A stretch of DNA of 64,000 nt from Opitutales bacterium (GCA_021772515.1 JAJFLU010000045.1:197684-261683), one strand, 5' to 3'. Shown: positions 1 through 9,469, counted from the first letter of the stretch. Notes: a model not told the origin generated them from the letters alone. Numbers and translations are program-made.

Positions 1-787
1 GATTTCCCCGCGACTATTCAATGCCATCTTTTATGCGATCGATCACGAGGCTTTGCAAAATGCCAGCGCAAGACGCATTCCACTGGCAGACATTTTGAGC
101 GAAGATGCGGAACTGATCTCGGAATTACTCTCCCAGGCCAGCCAGGAAACGGCCAAGGATCTCGCCACAACTCTCATACTCAATCAGGGATTTGAGGATC
201 TCACAAAGAAATCCCTTTTGGCTCGTTTTATCCGGCTATTTCCGGGAGTCCAAAATCTCGTGAGCGGCTCTCGTGATGGTTCCGAGGAATATAGCAAGAG
301 CGAGGGTCTGGTCGTTTCCAAAGAAAGCCTTGAAGCCCGCAAAAAGGAATACGAAACACTGTTGACCGAAAAGATTCCTGAAAACAAAAAGGCCATCGCC
401 ACTGCCCGTGAGCATGGAGACTTGAAGGAGAATTCCGAATATAAGATGGCCCGGCAGGATCAGGATATGTTGTTGGCTCGAAAATCTCAGTTGGAGATTG
501 ATTTGACATTGGCGAGGGTAAGCGATTTTTCCGATGCTCCCGCAGAAATTGTTGGGATTGGTAATGTGGTTGAACTGACAGAAGGCTCCACCGGCAACAA
601 GGTCACCTATTCGATTTTGGGGGCATGGGACAGCCTGCCGGAGAAAAACATACTTTCCTATAAAACTCCACTCGGGCAAAGCCTCATTTCGAAAAAGGAA
701 GGGGACGCGGTGAAAACGGTTATCGATGACACAGAGGAAGTCTGGACTATCAATCGCATTTCCCGCTGGGTCGATTTACAGAAATAG
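1..787 (+). CDS. greA: GreA/GreB-family transcription elongation factor with a long N-terminal extension; 5' partial (reading frame open to window edge, codon phase starts at nt 2)
   Basis: C-terminal ~150 aa look like GreA: coiled-coil 'AREHGDLKENSEYKMARQDQDMLLARKSQLE' then FKBP-like 'VGIGNVVELTE...VTYSILG...LSYKTPLGQSLISKKEGD'. No stop codon lies between nt 2 and the listed ATG at 53. Confidence 0.8.
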   Translation, partial: ISPRLFNAIFYAIDHEALQNASARRIPLADILSEDAELISELLSQASQETAKDLATTLILNQGFEDLTKKSLLARFIRLFPGVQNLVSGSRDGSEEYSKSEGLVVSKESLEARKKEYETLLTEKIPENKKAIATAREHGDLKENSEYKMARQDQDMLLARKSQLEIDLTLARVSDFSDAPAEIVGIGNVVELTEGSTGNKVTYSILGAWDSLPEKNILSYKTPLGQSLISKKEGDAVKTVIDDTEEVWTINRISRWVDLQK

Positions 788-853
788 CAGTTCAAGTGGC
801 GGGAGTCCGCTACTGCATCCTTGCTCCTTAATTTCAATGAGGTTCCAAAATCG

Positions 854-1789
854 ATGATGGACCCATTGGATACGCTTAAGCTCCTCGCCGATTCGACGCG
901 GCTAAGGCTTATTTCCCTGCTTATAGCCGAGGAGCTTTCGGTGGTGGAATTACAGGAAATCCTGGGCATGGGGCAGTCCCGGATATCCTCACATCTGGCA
1001 TTACTCCGGCAATCCGGCATGGTCGTCGATAGACGAGAGGGTAAACGCATTTTTTATTCACTCCGCCCGCTGGATGCCGATGACGAAGGCGATCTCATCC
1101 ATAGCGCCTGCAAAGCGGTTTCGAGGAAAAACGAAATCCTGGAAGATGCGGACAATTTGACGCGCATTTTGGAAAAACGCCGCAAAAGCGCAGAGACATA
1201 TTTCAATGAGATAGCCGGGAGTCTGGGCAAAAAATACTGCCCGGGTCGCTCCTGGAAAGCGATCGGTCACTTCCTGCTCAACCTGACATCTCCACTAATA
1301 ATAGCCGATTTGGGTTCCGGTGAGGGAGAACTCGCCCAACTGCTGGCCCGGCGCGCAAAAAAGGTTTACTGTATCGATAATTCTCCTCAAATGATCAAAG
1401 CCGGAGTGGAATTGGCACGCTCTCACGGCATCAAGAATCTGCACTATAAATTGGGTGATATCGAAAACGTCCCACTACCGGCCAATAGTTGCGATGTGGC
1501 CCTCCTCAGTCAGTCAATTCATCATGCCCCCAATCCGCAACGTGCGGTAAATGAGGCGTTTCGAATATTGAAGCCCGGCAGTCAAATCACGATTTTGGAC
1601 TTGAAAAATCATAAATTTGAGAAGGCGCGGGAATTATATGCCGATTATTGGCTAGGGTTCAGTGAAAATCAGATTTATCAATTTCTTCTCAAAGCCGGTT
1701 TTAGTGACCCTGAGGTTAATATCGTTATGAGCGAAAAAAAAGAGCCTCATTTTGAAATTATCATGGGCTCTGGCGTAAAGCCAAATTAA
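854..1789 (+). CDS. ArsR/SmtB-family HTH regulator fused to a class I SAM-dependent methyltransferase domain
   Basis: N-terminus 'LKLLADSTRLRLISLLIAEELSVVELQEILGMGQSRISSHLALLRQSGMV' is an ArsR wHTH. C-terminus 'IADLGSGEGELAQLLA...VYCIDNSPQMI...LKPGSQITILD' carries methyltransferase motifs I-III. ATG at 854 is preferred over the TTG at 821 used by the ORF track. Confidence 0.8.
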   Translation: MMDPLDTLKLLADSTRLRLISLLIAEELSVVELQEILGMGQSRISSHLALLRQSGMVVDRREGKRIFYSLRPLDADDEGDLIHSACKAVSRKNEILEDADNLTRILEKRRKSAETYFNEIAGSLGKKYCPGRSWKAIGHFLLNLTSPLIIADLGSGEGELAQLLARRAKKVYCIDNSPQMIKAGVELARSHGIKNLHYKLGDIENVPLPANSCDVALLSQSIHHAPNPQRAVNEAFRILKPGSQITILDLKNHKFEKARELYADYWLGFSENQIYQFLLKAGFSDPEVNIVMSEKKEPHFEIIMGSGVKPN

Positions 1790-2037
1790 GAAAATTAGTA
1801 ATTCTCCCAATTGTCAGGAAAGGGAGATCCAACCCTGTTCTTAGGGTGTCTCGCCTATAAATAATTCGGGATATCAGGCATCCCCTTGAATTTATTGTAA
1901 ATAAGAGGGCATTTTTTAATAAACATTTAATCCAGTCGAATTTTAACGTGTGCCCATGAACTTATATACCAGCGAAAATCGTCTCAATAAGAGCTTTTAT
2001 TGCCAAATAAACGTTAGTTCAGATTGCATCCATTACA

Positions 2038-2601
2038 ATGAATAACATATTGGAAATACCGCCAGGACAGGTCATCATCAAGCAGGAGGAACCCGGCAAC
2101 GGATTTTATGTGCTTCTCTCCGGAAATCTGGATGTTTACAGAGATAATGTTCTTCTCACTTCGTTTCATGACCGGGGCACAATTTTCGGAGAAATGAGCG
2201 GAATTTTAAACGAACCCAGAACCTCCACGATTATCGCAAGGTCCTTTGCCAAAGTGGTATTCGTCTCCAGTCGGGACATGTTTGAGTTTATTCACGATAC
2301 ACCCGATATCGGAGTAAAAGTCATAAAAACCCTCGCCAAACGGTTAGTGAGAACTTCCAAAAAATTTGTGAGCCGCTCGGATACTTTGTCACCAGAGATC
2401 ATTGAAATGCGCGGTCGTCGTATCAAGGAGAATATGTTGGATAACATCAAAGGTCTTGGACCGGCTCGCAGAAGAGCTCTCGACCTCCAGTTTGAAACAA
2501 TCGACAACCTGAAAAACGCCAGCCTCGACGAACTTAAAAGCGTCGAAGGCATCGGCGGTAATATGGCCGAGCATTTACATAGTATTCTTCATAAACTTTG
2601 A
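2038..2601 (+). CDS. Cyclic-nucleotide-binding (CAP effector-type) domain protein with a C-terminal UvrC-like (HhH)2 domain
   Basis: Beta-roll 'GNGFYVLLSGNLDVY...GTIFGEMSGILNEPRTSTIIA' with a phosphate-binding-cassette-like FGEM...R(T/S). C-terminus 'IKGLGPARRRALDLQFETIDNLKNASLDELKSVEGIGGNMAEHL' forms two helix-hairpin-helix motifs. Confidence 0.7.
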   Translation: MNNILEIPPGQVIIKQEEPGNGFYVLLSGNLDVYRDNVLLTSFHDRGTIFGEMSGILNEPRTSTIIARSFAKVVFVSSRDMFEFIHDTPDIGVKVIKTLAKRLVRTSKKFVSRSDTLSPEIIEMRGRRIKENMLDNIKGLGPARRRALDLQFETIDNLKNASLDELKSVEGIGGNMAEHLHSILHKL

Positions 2602-2724
2602 TCAATAAGGGCCTCTACTTTTCGGCTGACGGCGGATACGGATTGTATACCGAGCATTTCCGGGCCGTGATTTTTCCCTTTGCAGCCAGACTCACTTACG
2701 TTCAAGAATTGTTGAGCACAGGTG

Positions 2725-3864
2725 ATGAGTGAAAAGGAAACAGCCAGAGTATTGATTCTAGGCGCTGGGCCATCGGGCTTGGCAATGGCCTGGCAGCTTC
2801 AAAACAAGGGTATTTTCTACGAAATTCTGGAAAAAGGGGGTAACCCTGCCCAGTCATGGCACGATCATTACGACCGGCTTCGGCTGCACACTGTGAAGAA
2901 ATATTCCGCCCTGCCCGGTATGCCATTCCCGAAGGATTATCCCCGCTATGTTCCACGATTAAAATTACTCGAATATTTCAAGGCTTATGCAGAGACCTTC
3001 AAGATTCATCCCCATTATCATCAAAACGTAACCTCAGTTCGTAAAAACGATAATGGTCTCTGGACAATTCAAACCGACAAGGATATTTTTTGCGCATCCT
3101 GTGTGGTCCTTGCCACGGGCTATAATCGCCTTCCCCGTTTTCCCGAATGGGCAGATCATATCGACTTTACCGGCCAAGTAATTCACAGCGATTCCTATCA
3201 AAACGGATCCCCTTATTCGGGCCAAAAAGTTCTGGTCGTCGGCATGGGCAATACTGGCGCTGAAATTGCCCTCGATCTCTGTGAGCATGGCGCATCCCCC
3301 ACCCTTTCGGTCAGGAATCCCGTGAATATCGTGCCATTGGAGGTGATGGGCAGACCGATCCAAACCACCGCCATCCTGTTGAGCAAATTACCTAATTGGT
3401 TAACAGATTTCATCGGAAAACAGGTGCAAAAGCGAACCATCGGAGACCTCTCCTCCTATGGATTAATCACACCCGAATATGCCCCCACCGAACAAGTCAG
3501 AAGAACCGGCAAAATCCCCGTTATCGATATTGGAACGGTTGAGAAAATAAAATCGGGTAAAATAAAAGTTCAACCCGGTATAAAGGCATTCAGACAAGGG
3601 ACTGTATTATTTGAAAACGGTAGCGAAAAATCCTTCGACTCAATTATCCTAGCCACAGGCTATCGGTCTGGAGTGCAGGAGCTCTTGCGAGGCCATGAAA
3701 AAATATTTAATGCCCAGGGGAACCCCAAAAGCCTCTTTTTCAAGCAAATTCCAGGATTGTATTTTCTAGGATTTACGACAACATCATCAGGTATTCTCAG
3801 GAGCATCAGTCATGATTCCGCGATTATTGCCGACCACATTGCCAACAAAATGGCAGGAAATTGA
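2725..3864 (+). CDS. Flavin-containing monooxygenase-like NAD(P)/FAD-dependent oxidoreductase
   Basis: Two dinucleotide-binding motifs, 'VLILGAGPSGLA' and 'VLVVGMGNTGAEIALDL', plus a C-terminal 'ILATGYRSG' motif. GTG at 2722 is immediately followed by ATG at 2725. Confidence 0.75.
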   Translation: MSEKETARVLILGAGPSGLAMAWQLQNKGIFYEILEKGGNPAQSWHDHYDRLRLHTVKKYSALPGMPFPKDYPRYVPRLKLLEYFKAYAETFKIHPHYHQNVTSVRKNDNGLWTIQTDKDIFCASCVVLATGYNRLPRFPEWADHIDFTGQVIHSDSYQNGSPYSGQKVLVVGMGNTGAEIALDLCEHGASPTLSVRNPVNIVPLEVMGRPIQTTAILLSKLPNWLTDFIGKQVQKRTIGDLSSYGLITPEYAPTEQVRRTGKIPVIDIGTVEKIKSGKIKVQPGIKAFRQGTVLFENGSEKSFDSIILATGYRSGVQELLRGHEKIFNAQGNPKSLFFKQIPGLYFLGFTTTSSGILRSISHDSAIIADHIANKMAGN

Positions 3865-3912
3865 AATGGATCACTGGACTGAATCATTTCATAACCTCAA
3901 ACATAAATACCA

Positions 3913-4656
3913 ATGATGAGATCAGGAAACCCGACCTTGACAGCCAAAACATTCACTCTTCAGGAAAGAGTGAGTTCCGCCGACCAAATGACGATCCAGG
4001 GAACCGTTAATAAAACAGGTTTTCTGCTTTTTCTCGTGATGATTCCAGCCATCTGGACCTGGGATCGCTTCATGGCAGTTGGCAATCCGGCGGCGGTTAC
4101 TCCATTTATCGCCGGAGGTGCCATCGGTGGGTTTGTAATTGCAATTATTACCGTATTTAAGAAAACATGGGCTCCGGTTACGGCCCCGATTTACGCCCTG
4201 GCGGAAGGTTTTGTACTCGGTGGTATTTCGGCCATCTTTGAATACAGTTATCCCGGTATCGCGTTCCAGGCGATTGGCCTTACCATGGGCACTCTGTTTA
4301 GTCTTCTATTTGCCTACAAAAGCGGCCTCATCAAGGCTACGGAAAATTTCAAGCTAGGGATCGTTGCGGCCACAGGAGGAATTTTCATGGTCTATATGGT
4401 CAGTATGGTTCTTGGGTTTTTCGGCATGAGCGTCCCTTTTATCCATGAAAGCGGTCTTATTGGAATCGGGTTCAGCGCTTTTGTGGTCGTTATCGCCGCT
4501 TTGAACCTGGTTTTGGACTTTGATTTTATTGAAAGCGGAGCAGAAAACGGAGCCCCCAAGTATATGGAGTGGTACGGAGCCTTCGGGCTTTTGGTAACGC
4601 TTATCTGGCTTTACCTGGAAATTCTCCGCTTACTGGCTAAGCTGCGAAGTCGCTGA
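3913..4656 (+). CDS. Bax-inhibitor-1-like integral membrane protein (COG4760 / BaxI_1-type)
   Basis: Characteristic N-terminus 'MRSGNPTL...' followed by about 6-7 hydrophobic helices. Size is 247 aa. Confidence 0.65.
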   Translation: MMRSGNPTLTAKTFTLQERVSSADQMTIQGTVNKTGFLLFLVMIPAIWTWDRFMAVGNPAAVTPFIAGGAIGGFVIAIITVFKKTWAPVTAPIYALAEGFVLGGISAIFEYSYPGIAFQAIGLTMGTLFSLLFAYKSGLIKATENFKLGIVAATGGIFMVYMVSMVLGFFGMSVPFIHESGLIGIGFSAFVVVIAALNLVLDFDFIESGAENGAPKYMEWYGAFGLLVTLIWLYLEILRLLAKLRSR

Positions 4657-4674
4657 TACGATCTTATGACCAAT

Positions 4675-4708
4675 AAAAAGACCCCTGGATAAGTGGGGCC
4701 TCTTTTAT
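4675..4708. terminator. Probable bidirectional intrinsic terminator between convergent genes
   Basis: 'aaaaagACCCCtggataagtGGGGcctcttttatt': a GC stem (CCCC/GGGG plus flanking pairs), a 9-nt loop, an A-tract 5' and a T-tract 3'. It lies between the stops at 4656 (+) and 4717 (-). Confidence 0.45.
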
Positions 4709-4716
4709 TGAAATAA

Positions 4717-5625
4717 CTACATCAGTTCGGCGATGAGTTTGTCGGATTGTTCCTTGCTGACTCCGAGCTTCCGATAAGCCAGCGGACCCCCTTCTTCGAG
4801 GACGGGTTCGAGTTGATCGAGCGAGGCCAATTTGTCATTTTTCCAGAAAAGTCCGATGGGTATTTCGTCGCCCCATTTGTAACCCTTTTCCATGGAACCG
4901 TAAAAGTCGGTAGTGTCATGGTTCTCGTCCTCAAGCATTTTCACCCTCGGTGCAAACCACTTGTAGGTATTGTCTTTATTATAGGTGACGCAGGGGCTGA
5001 AAATATCCACAAAAGAAAAACCTTTGTGCATTATCGCTCCTTTGATCAACTCGACGAGGTGCTTCTGTTTGCCACTGTAACCACGGGCAATATAGGTGGC
5101 GCCGCCCACCAAAGCCAAAGGAATCGGGTTGATCGGATTTTCCACATTTCCATGCGGGGTGCTTTTGGTCTTCATGCCCACCGGACTGGTAGGTGAAGTC
5201 TGGCCCGTAGTCAGGCCATAAATTTGGTTGTCCATTACAAGGTAGGTCAAATCCAAGTTACGCCTCATGGTGTGCATGAAATGATTGCCGCCGATCCCAA
5301 AGCCATCCCCATCACCGCCGGTAACAATAATTTTTAACTCATGATTGCCGAGGGCAGCCCCGGAGGCTACTGCGAGGGAACGCCCGTGCAAAGTGTGCAT
5401 TCCGTAGGTGTTGATGAATCCTGGAAGATTGGAAGAACATCCGATCCCACTGATGGTCATTACCTGATGGGGCTGTAGTTCCAGTTCGATTAACGCTTTT
5501 TGCAAAGCGGCCAAAACGGAAAAATCTCCACAGCCAGGACACCAGTCCGGGTGGACTTTGCCCTTGTAGGAATCTTTTTCAGGTTTTTTCGCGGATAATG
5601 GAAGAGTTGGCGCGGCGGTTGTCAT
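4717..5625 (-). CDS. korB: 2-oxoacid (2-oxoglutarate):ferredoxin oxidoreductase, beta subunit (TPP-binding)
   Basis: 'DWCPGCGDFSVLAALQKA', 'GIGCSS', 'GGDGDGFGIGGNHFMH' (TPP/Mg motif GDG). It sits directly downstream of the alpha subunit. Confidence 0.9.
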   Translation of the reverse strand: MTTAAPTLPLSAKKPEKDSYKGKVHPDWCPGCGDFSVLAALQKALIELELQPHQVMTISGIGCSSNLPGFINTYGMHTLHGRSLAVASGAALGNHELKIIVTGGDGDGFGIGGNHFMHTMRRNLDLTYLVMDNQIYGLTTGQTSPTSPVGMKTKSTPHGNVENPINPIPLALVGGATYIARGYSGKQKHLVELIKGAIMHKGFSFVDIFSPCVTYNKDNTYKWFAPRVKMLEDENHDTTDFYGSMEKGYKWGDEIPIGLFWKNDKLASLDQLEPVLEEGGPLAYRKLGVSKEQSDKLIAELM

Positions 5626-5651
5626 AGGTTACTGGTATCAGGTATCAATCG

Positions 5652-7448
5652 TTATACGGAAATTTCGTGGACGGGCACAGAGAGTGTTTCCTTCCCGGCG
5701 AGTTGGTCTTTGACTGCTTGGGTAATATGATGCGGCATAAATGGCTCACCATCATATTTTCGGATAAATCCATCTGCCGTAAAGCCGGTTTCAGAACGCA
5801 AATATCGGGCGAATTGTCCGGAATAGTTAATTTCCGTGATTATCACTTTTTTGCATTGCGCGAGTAGTTCAGTCACTACATCGGCATGAAAGGGCACAAT
5901 CCATTTTATGTTCAATTGGTTGGCCGTAATGCCCTCCTCTGCCAATTGTTCAATGGCTTCCAGAATAACCCCCCTGGTCGAACCCCAACTCACCAGAGTC
6001 ACTTCGGCGTTTTCGGCCCCTTCGAGTTTTGGAGCCTCTAAATCATCAAGGACAGCCAGCATTTTCCGGGCGCGTTTTTCCACCATCATGACCCGTATTT
6101 TTGGATTGGTGTCCACATCGCTGATCAGCGTGCTGTCTTCATCATGCTCATCGGTCGAGGCAACATAAATATGGCCCGGGACCCCCGGCACAGCCCTGGG
6201 CGAAATACCACTTGGCGTATTTTTATATCGAAGATAAGTGGAGTCGTTGTAACCCCCGTAGGGATTGTCGCAATCACCATTGGGGAAAATCATTTCACCG
6301 CGGTCAATTTCGGTTTGAAAATTGATATCCGCCGGATCCACACTGGCCGTTCCTTCCCCGATAAGCAAATCGGAGAGCACCAGGCCGGGGCATTGATATT
6401 TATCAGTCAAATTAAACAGTTCAGGCATCGTCGTGAAGAGATCGAGCTGATCGGTGGGAGCGACAATTATTTTGGGATAATCCCCCTGTCCTGCGCCCAG
6501 CATTTGCCATAGGTCGCCCTGCTCGGTTTTGGTCGGTAGACCGGTGGCTGGGCCTCCCCGCTGCACATCCACGCAAACAATGGGAGTTTCGATCATGCCG
6601 GACATTCCAAGAGCCTCCGTCATCAGCGCCAAACCTCCCCCGGAGGTGGCCGTCATGGCCCGGCAACCGGTATGGGCAGCCCCGATAATCATGTTCATAA
6701 CCCCGATTTCATCTTCCACCTGGCGAACCATGATACCGAGATCACGGGCATGGGATGCCATGTACATGAGCACTCCGGTCGAGGGACTCATGGGATAGGC
6801 GGCATAAAAATTTACCCCGGCGGCAATTCCTCCCATGGCGGTGGCCTCGTTACCCGTCCAAACCGCCAAATGTTTGTCACCTTTCGGGACTACAAAGTGA
6901 AATGGGCCGAAATGTTCAGCCGCATAATCATAGCCGTTTCGAGCGATTTCCACATTTTGGGCCACGACCTCCTCGCCCTTCCGGGCAAATATCCGCGTCA
7001 GGGCATCCTCGATCGCCTGGAACTCAACCCCAAGCATTTGCAATGCCGCAGCGATGGAGACCGTGTTGGCGGCCAGCTTTTTACCTTTTGAAAGCTCCTT
7101 CATTGGCAGGGGAGATACCTGCACGCCCTCTGCAACGTCACCAAGCTCGATTGAGCCCTCGTCGAAGAGAACGCAGGCCCCGGGGCCGAGAAGGCGCAGA
7201 TGGCGGTCCATGGTGTCCTGATTGAGCGGGATGAGCAGGTCGATCCGATCTCCCATGCTATGGACGGGGCCGTCACTGGCACGAATTGTAAGGAAAGTAT
7301 GCCCTCCCCGAATCAGGGATTGATAGGCGTTATAGGCGTTTAGGTGGAGTCCTCGACGAGCGAAAATATGCGCTAAAATATTGCCGGGTGTGGCAATTCC
7401 TTGCCCAGCGGCTCCACCGATGCCAATTGCAAAATCTACTGTTCTCAT
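5652..7448 (-). CDS. korA: 2-oxoacid (2-oxoglutarate):ferredoxin oxidoreductase, alpha subunit
   Basis: 'FAIGIGGAAGQGIATPGNILA' (gamma-like domain) followed by a pyrimidine-binding domain 'YAAYPMSPST...'. ATG at 7448 (MRTVDF...) is preferred to the upstream TTG at 7484. Confidence 0.9.
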   Translation of the reverse strand: MRTVDFAIGIGGAAGQGIATPGNILAHIFARRGLHLNAYNAYQSLIRGGHTFLTIRASDGPVHSMGDRIDLLIPLNQDTMDRHLRLLGPGACVLFDEGSIELGDVAEGVQVSPLPMKELSKGKKLAANTVSIAAALQMLGVEFQAIEDALTRIFARKGEEVVAQNVEIARNGYDYAAEHFGPFHFVVPKGDKHLAVWTGNEATAMGGIAAGVNFYAAYPMSPSTGVLMYMASHARDLGIMVRQVEDEIGVMNMIIGAAHTGCRAMTATSGGGLALMTEALGMSGMIETPIVCVDVQRGGPATGLPTKTEQGDLWQMLGAGQGDYPKIIVAPTDQLDLFTTMPELFNLTDKYQCPGLVLSDLLIGEGTASVDPADINFQTEIDRGEMIFPNGDCDNPYGGYNDSTYLRYKNTPSGISPRAVPGVPGHIYVASTDEHDEDSTLISDVDTNPKIRVMMVEKRARKMLAVLDDLEAPKLEGAENAEVTLVSWGSTRGVILEAIEQLAEEGITANQLNIKWIVPFHADVVTELLAQCKKVIITEINYSGQFARYLRSETGFTADGFIRKYDGEPFMPHHITQAVKDQLAGKETLSVPVHEISV

Positions 7449-7599
7449 AAAATATCGAAAATAATAAGCCTTTTGATAAAACAACCCGTGTGCAAGTTAA
7501 TTTCCAGAGAAATTTGCCGGAATTGCTTTTCGACTCTTTGTTATCTATCGGAATTAGGGAGTTTAATCGTGTTATGTTTTGTTGAAAACCTCGGGCTGG

Positions 7600-8163
7600 T
7601 CAATACATGGTCCGGTTGTTTTCCTTGTATTCTATCAGGATTGCTCGGGCCTCCTCCAGCATGACATCCTGCACGACCTGAATTTTCCGATTCTCTAATT
7701 CTTCAACCCAATTATCCGCTTTTGGGCCTTCGTCGAAACCGATTTCCTCTGCCACACTGGCCGGAGCGCCGCAAACCAATCGCCGCAATCCCGACCAGGG
7801 AATGGCCCCATAGCATTGGGCGCAGGGCTCGGAACTGCTTACCAATTCATATTTTCCGGAGCCGGCGGAGGTTAAATCGTGGGTGCCGAGAATTTTCTGG
7901 GCAATCATTATGGCCATCATTTCGGCATGGGCTACGGAGCAGGAGCAGGGCACCACAAGATTCACTCCGGGGGCCAGCAGTTGTCCCGTATCCATATCGA
8001 ATATAGCCGCTCCGAAAGGCCCGCCGCCTCTTTTCACGTTTTCCTTGGCCAAATGGATGGCCAGGCCCATTTTTTGCTCAAGGCTTACGAAATGGCTGCT
8101 TCTTCCGGAAAAAATTCCATTCAGCCAGGCAGGCAGTTCCAGGTTAATAGCCGGATATTTCAT
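7600..8163 (-). CDS. CDA-fold nucleoside/nucleobase deaminase (guanine/cytidine deaminase superfamily)
   Basis: Zinc motifs 'HAEMMAI' (H-A-E) and 'EPCAQCYGAI' (PC-x2-C). Confidence 0.8.
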   Translation of the reverse strand: MKYPAINLELPAWLNGIFSGRSSHFVSLEQKMGLAIHLAKENVKRGGGPFGAAIFDMDTGQLLAPGVNLVVPCSCSVAHAEMMAIMIAQKILGTHDLTSAGSGKYELVSSSEPCAQCYGAIPWSGLRRLVCGAPASVAEEIGFDEGPKADNWVEELENRKIQVVQDVMLEEARAILIEYKENNRTMY

Positions 8164-8292
8164 TGAAAAATTAGAAAGGTAAAAAAAGTAATCGGCAGTT
8201 ATCTCAAAAAAATCAGATGCCTGTGTAGGAGGTTTTTCTCTTTCCTACAATAATTAAAAATTCAGAGGACAAATATGATCCCACTAGCAATT

Positions 8293-9462
8293 TTAGAAAT
8301 TCTGTGACAAATTCACTGATTTTTTGGCGATTTTTTGTTCGAGATGAGCCGGATAGGGCTGCAAGCCCGGCTTGATATTATCCGGCAGGCCCTCGAACAT
8401 CCACGTGATACCCAGCAGCATGACCGCCGTAAAATGATCGAATAAATCGTTTCCTTGAGGGGGAAACCCAGAGGCCAGATTCAACAGGCTGCCCCGGCAT
8501 AGTAAATATACATGCGTGCCTCCCAATTCGAAGCGGTCGATATATTGCTTCATGGATTTATGAGGTTGCCCGAATAGCCATTCCACATCGATCTCCTGAT
8601 CCGAATGCCCTGCATTGAGAAAAATAGTTCCGGGACGGGCACTCTTTAAGTCCTCACTGCCAATAACTCCATCCCTTCCCGTAGCCGTGACAACGATTTC
8701 ACAGCGGGCGAGTCCTTTCGATAGTTTAACTGCTTCAATTCCATGAAAACGGGCCTCAAGCTGCCGAACAGGATCAACTTCTGCCACCAGAACATTGGCT
8801 CCGAGCTTGCGGGCTCTTTCCGCGATGCCCTTCCCAACGGGTCCGTAGCCCACGACTAGAATACGTTTTCCAAAAAGCGATAAACCCGTGATCTGTGAAA
8901 ATACCGGCCAGAGCCCATCGGCCACCTCGAATCGGTTTTCAATTTTATCTTTCAGCGGAATGCTGTTCCAATCGAACACGGGAAAGGGCAAATTGCAGTT
9001 TTTCAAACGATGTAAACCGGTTGTAGTCGCCTCCAAAGCACCGATCACCGGAGGGTTTTTGTCCATATAGGCTTCGGAAAGTTCACCTCCGCCGTCACAG
9101 AGGTAATTGGCCTCAAAACTGCGCATTTCTTTCAAATTTTCCACATAGTCCGCGCTGGTCATACCCCTCCAGCCGAAAACAGTGACCCCATTTTTAGCCA
9201 GGCAAGCCGCCACTGTGTCATCGGTGCTGTTGACATTACAGGCCCCGACAGCGATTTCAGCCCCGGTCTCCTTCAACGCCAACAGCATGGGCAGAATGTT
9301 TGGGGTTATGTGCATCCAGTAGGCCAGTTTTTTTCCGCTGAAATCCCTCCCCTTCAGATTTTCGCAAAAATGCGATGTTACCGGTATGGTATGCTTCAGC
9401 CAGGCGATTTCATCTTCACCAAAGGCCGAGGCAAAGGTAGGATCCTTGATTTTTGAAATCAT
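8293..9462 (-). CDS. Adenosylhomocysteinase-family protein, short and divergent (389 aa)
   Basis: Matches to canonical AHCY: 'WMHIT', 'CDGGGEL', 'EATTTGLHRL', NAD motif 'VVGYGPVGKGIAERARKLGANVLVAEVDP', 'GHSDQEIDV'. It lacks the C-terminal tail and the GHP segment of canonical AHCY. Confidence 0.75.
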   Translation of the reverse strand: MISKIKDPTFASAFGEDEIAWLKHTIPVTSHFCENLKGRDFSGKKLAYWMHITPNILPMLLALKETGAEIAVGACNVNSTDDTVAACLAKNGVTVFGWRGMTSADYVENLKEMRSFEANYLCDGGGELSEAYMDKNPPVIGALEATTTGLHRLKNCNLPFPVFDWNSIPLKDKIENRFEVADGLWPVFSQITGLSLFGKRILVVGYGPVGKGIAERARKLGANVLVAEVDPVRQLEARFHGIEAVKLSKGLARCEIVVTATGRDGVIGSEDLKSARPGTIFLNAGHSDQEIDVEWLFGQPHKSMKQYIDRFELGGTHVYLLCRGSLLNLASGFPPQGNDLFDHFTAVMLLGITWMFEGLPDNIKPGLQPYPAHLEQKIAKKSVNLSQNF

Positions 9463-9469
9463 GAAATCT

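Noticed and set aside
236-1050. Antisense ORFs 236-679 (147 aa) and 658-1050 (130 aa) on the minus strand
   Set aside because: They lie entirely opposite the well-supported greA-like and ArsR-methyltransferase genes. No family motifs were recognised, and their composition is typical of antisense frames.
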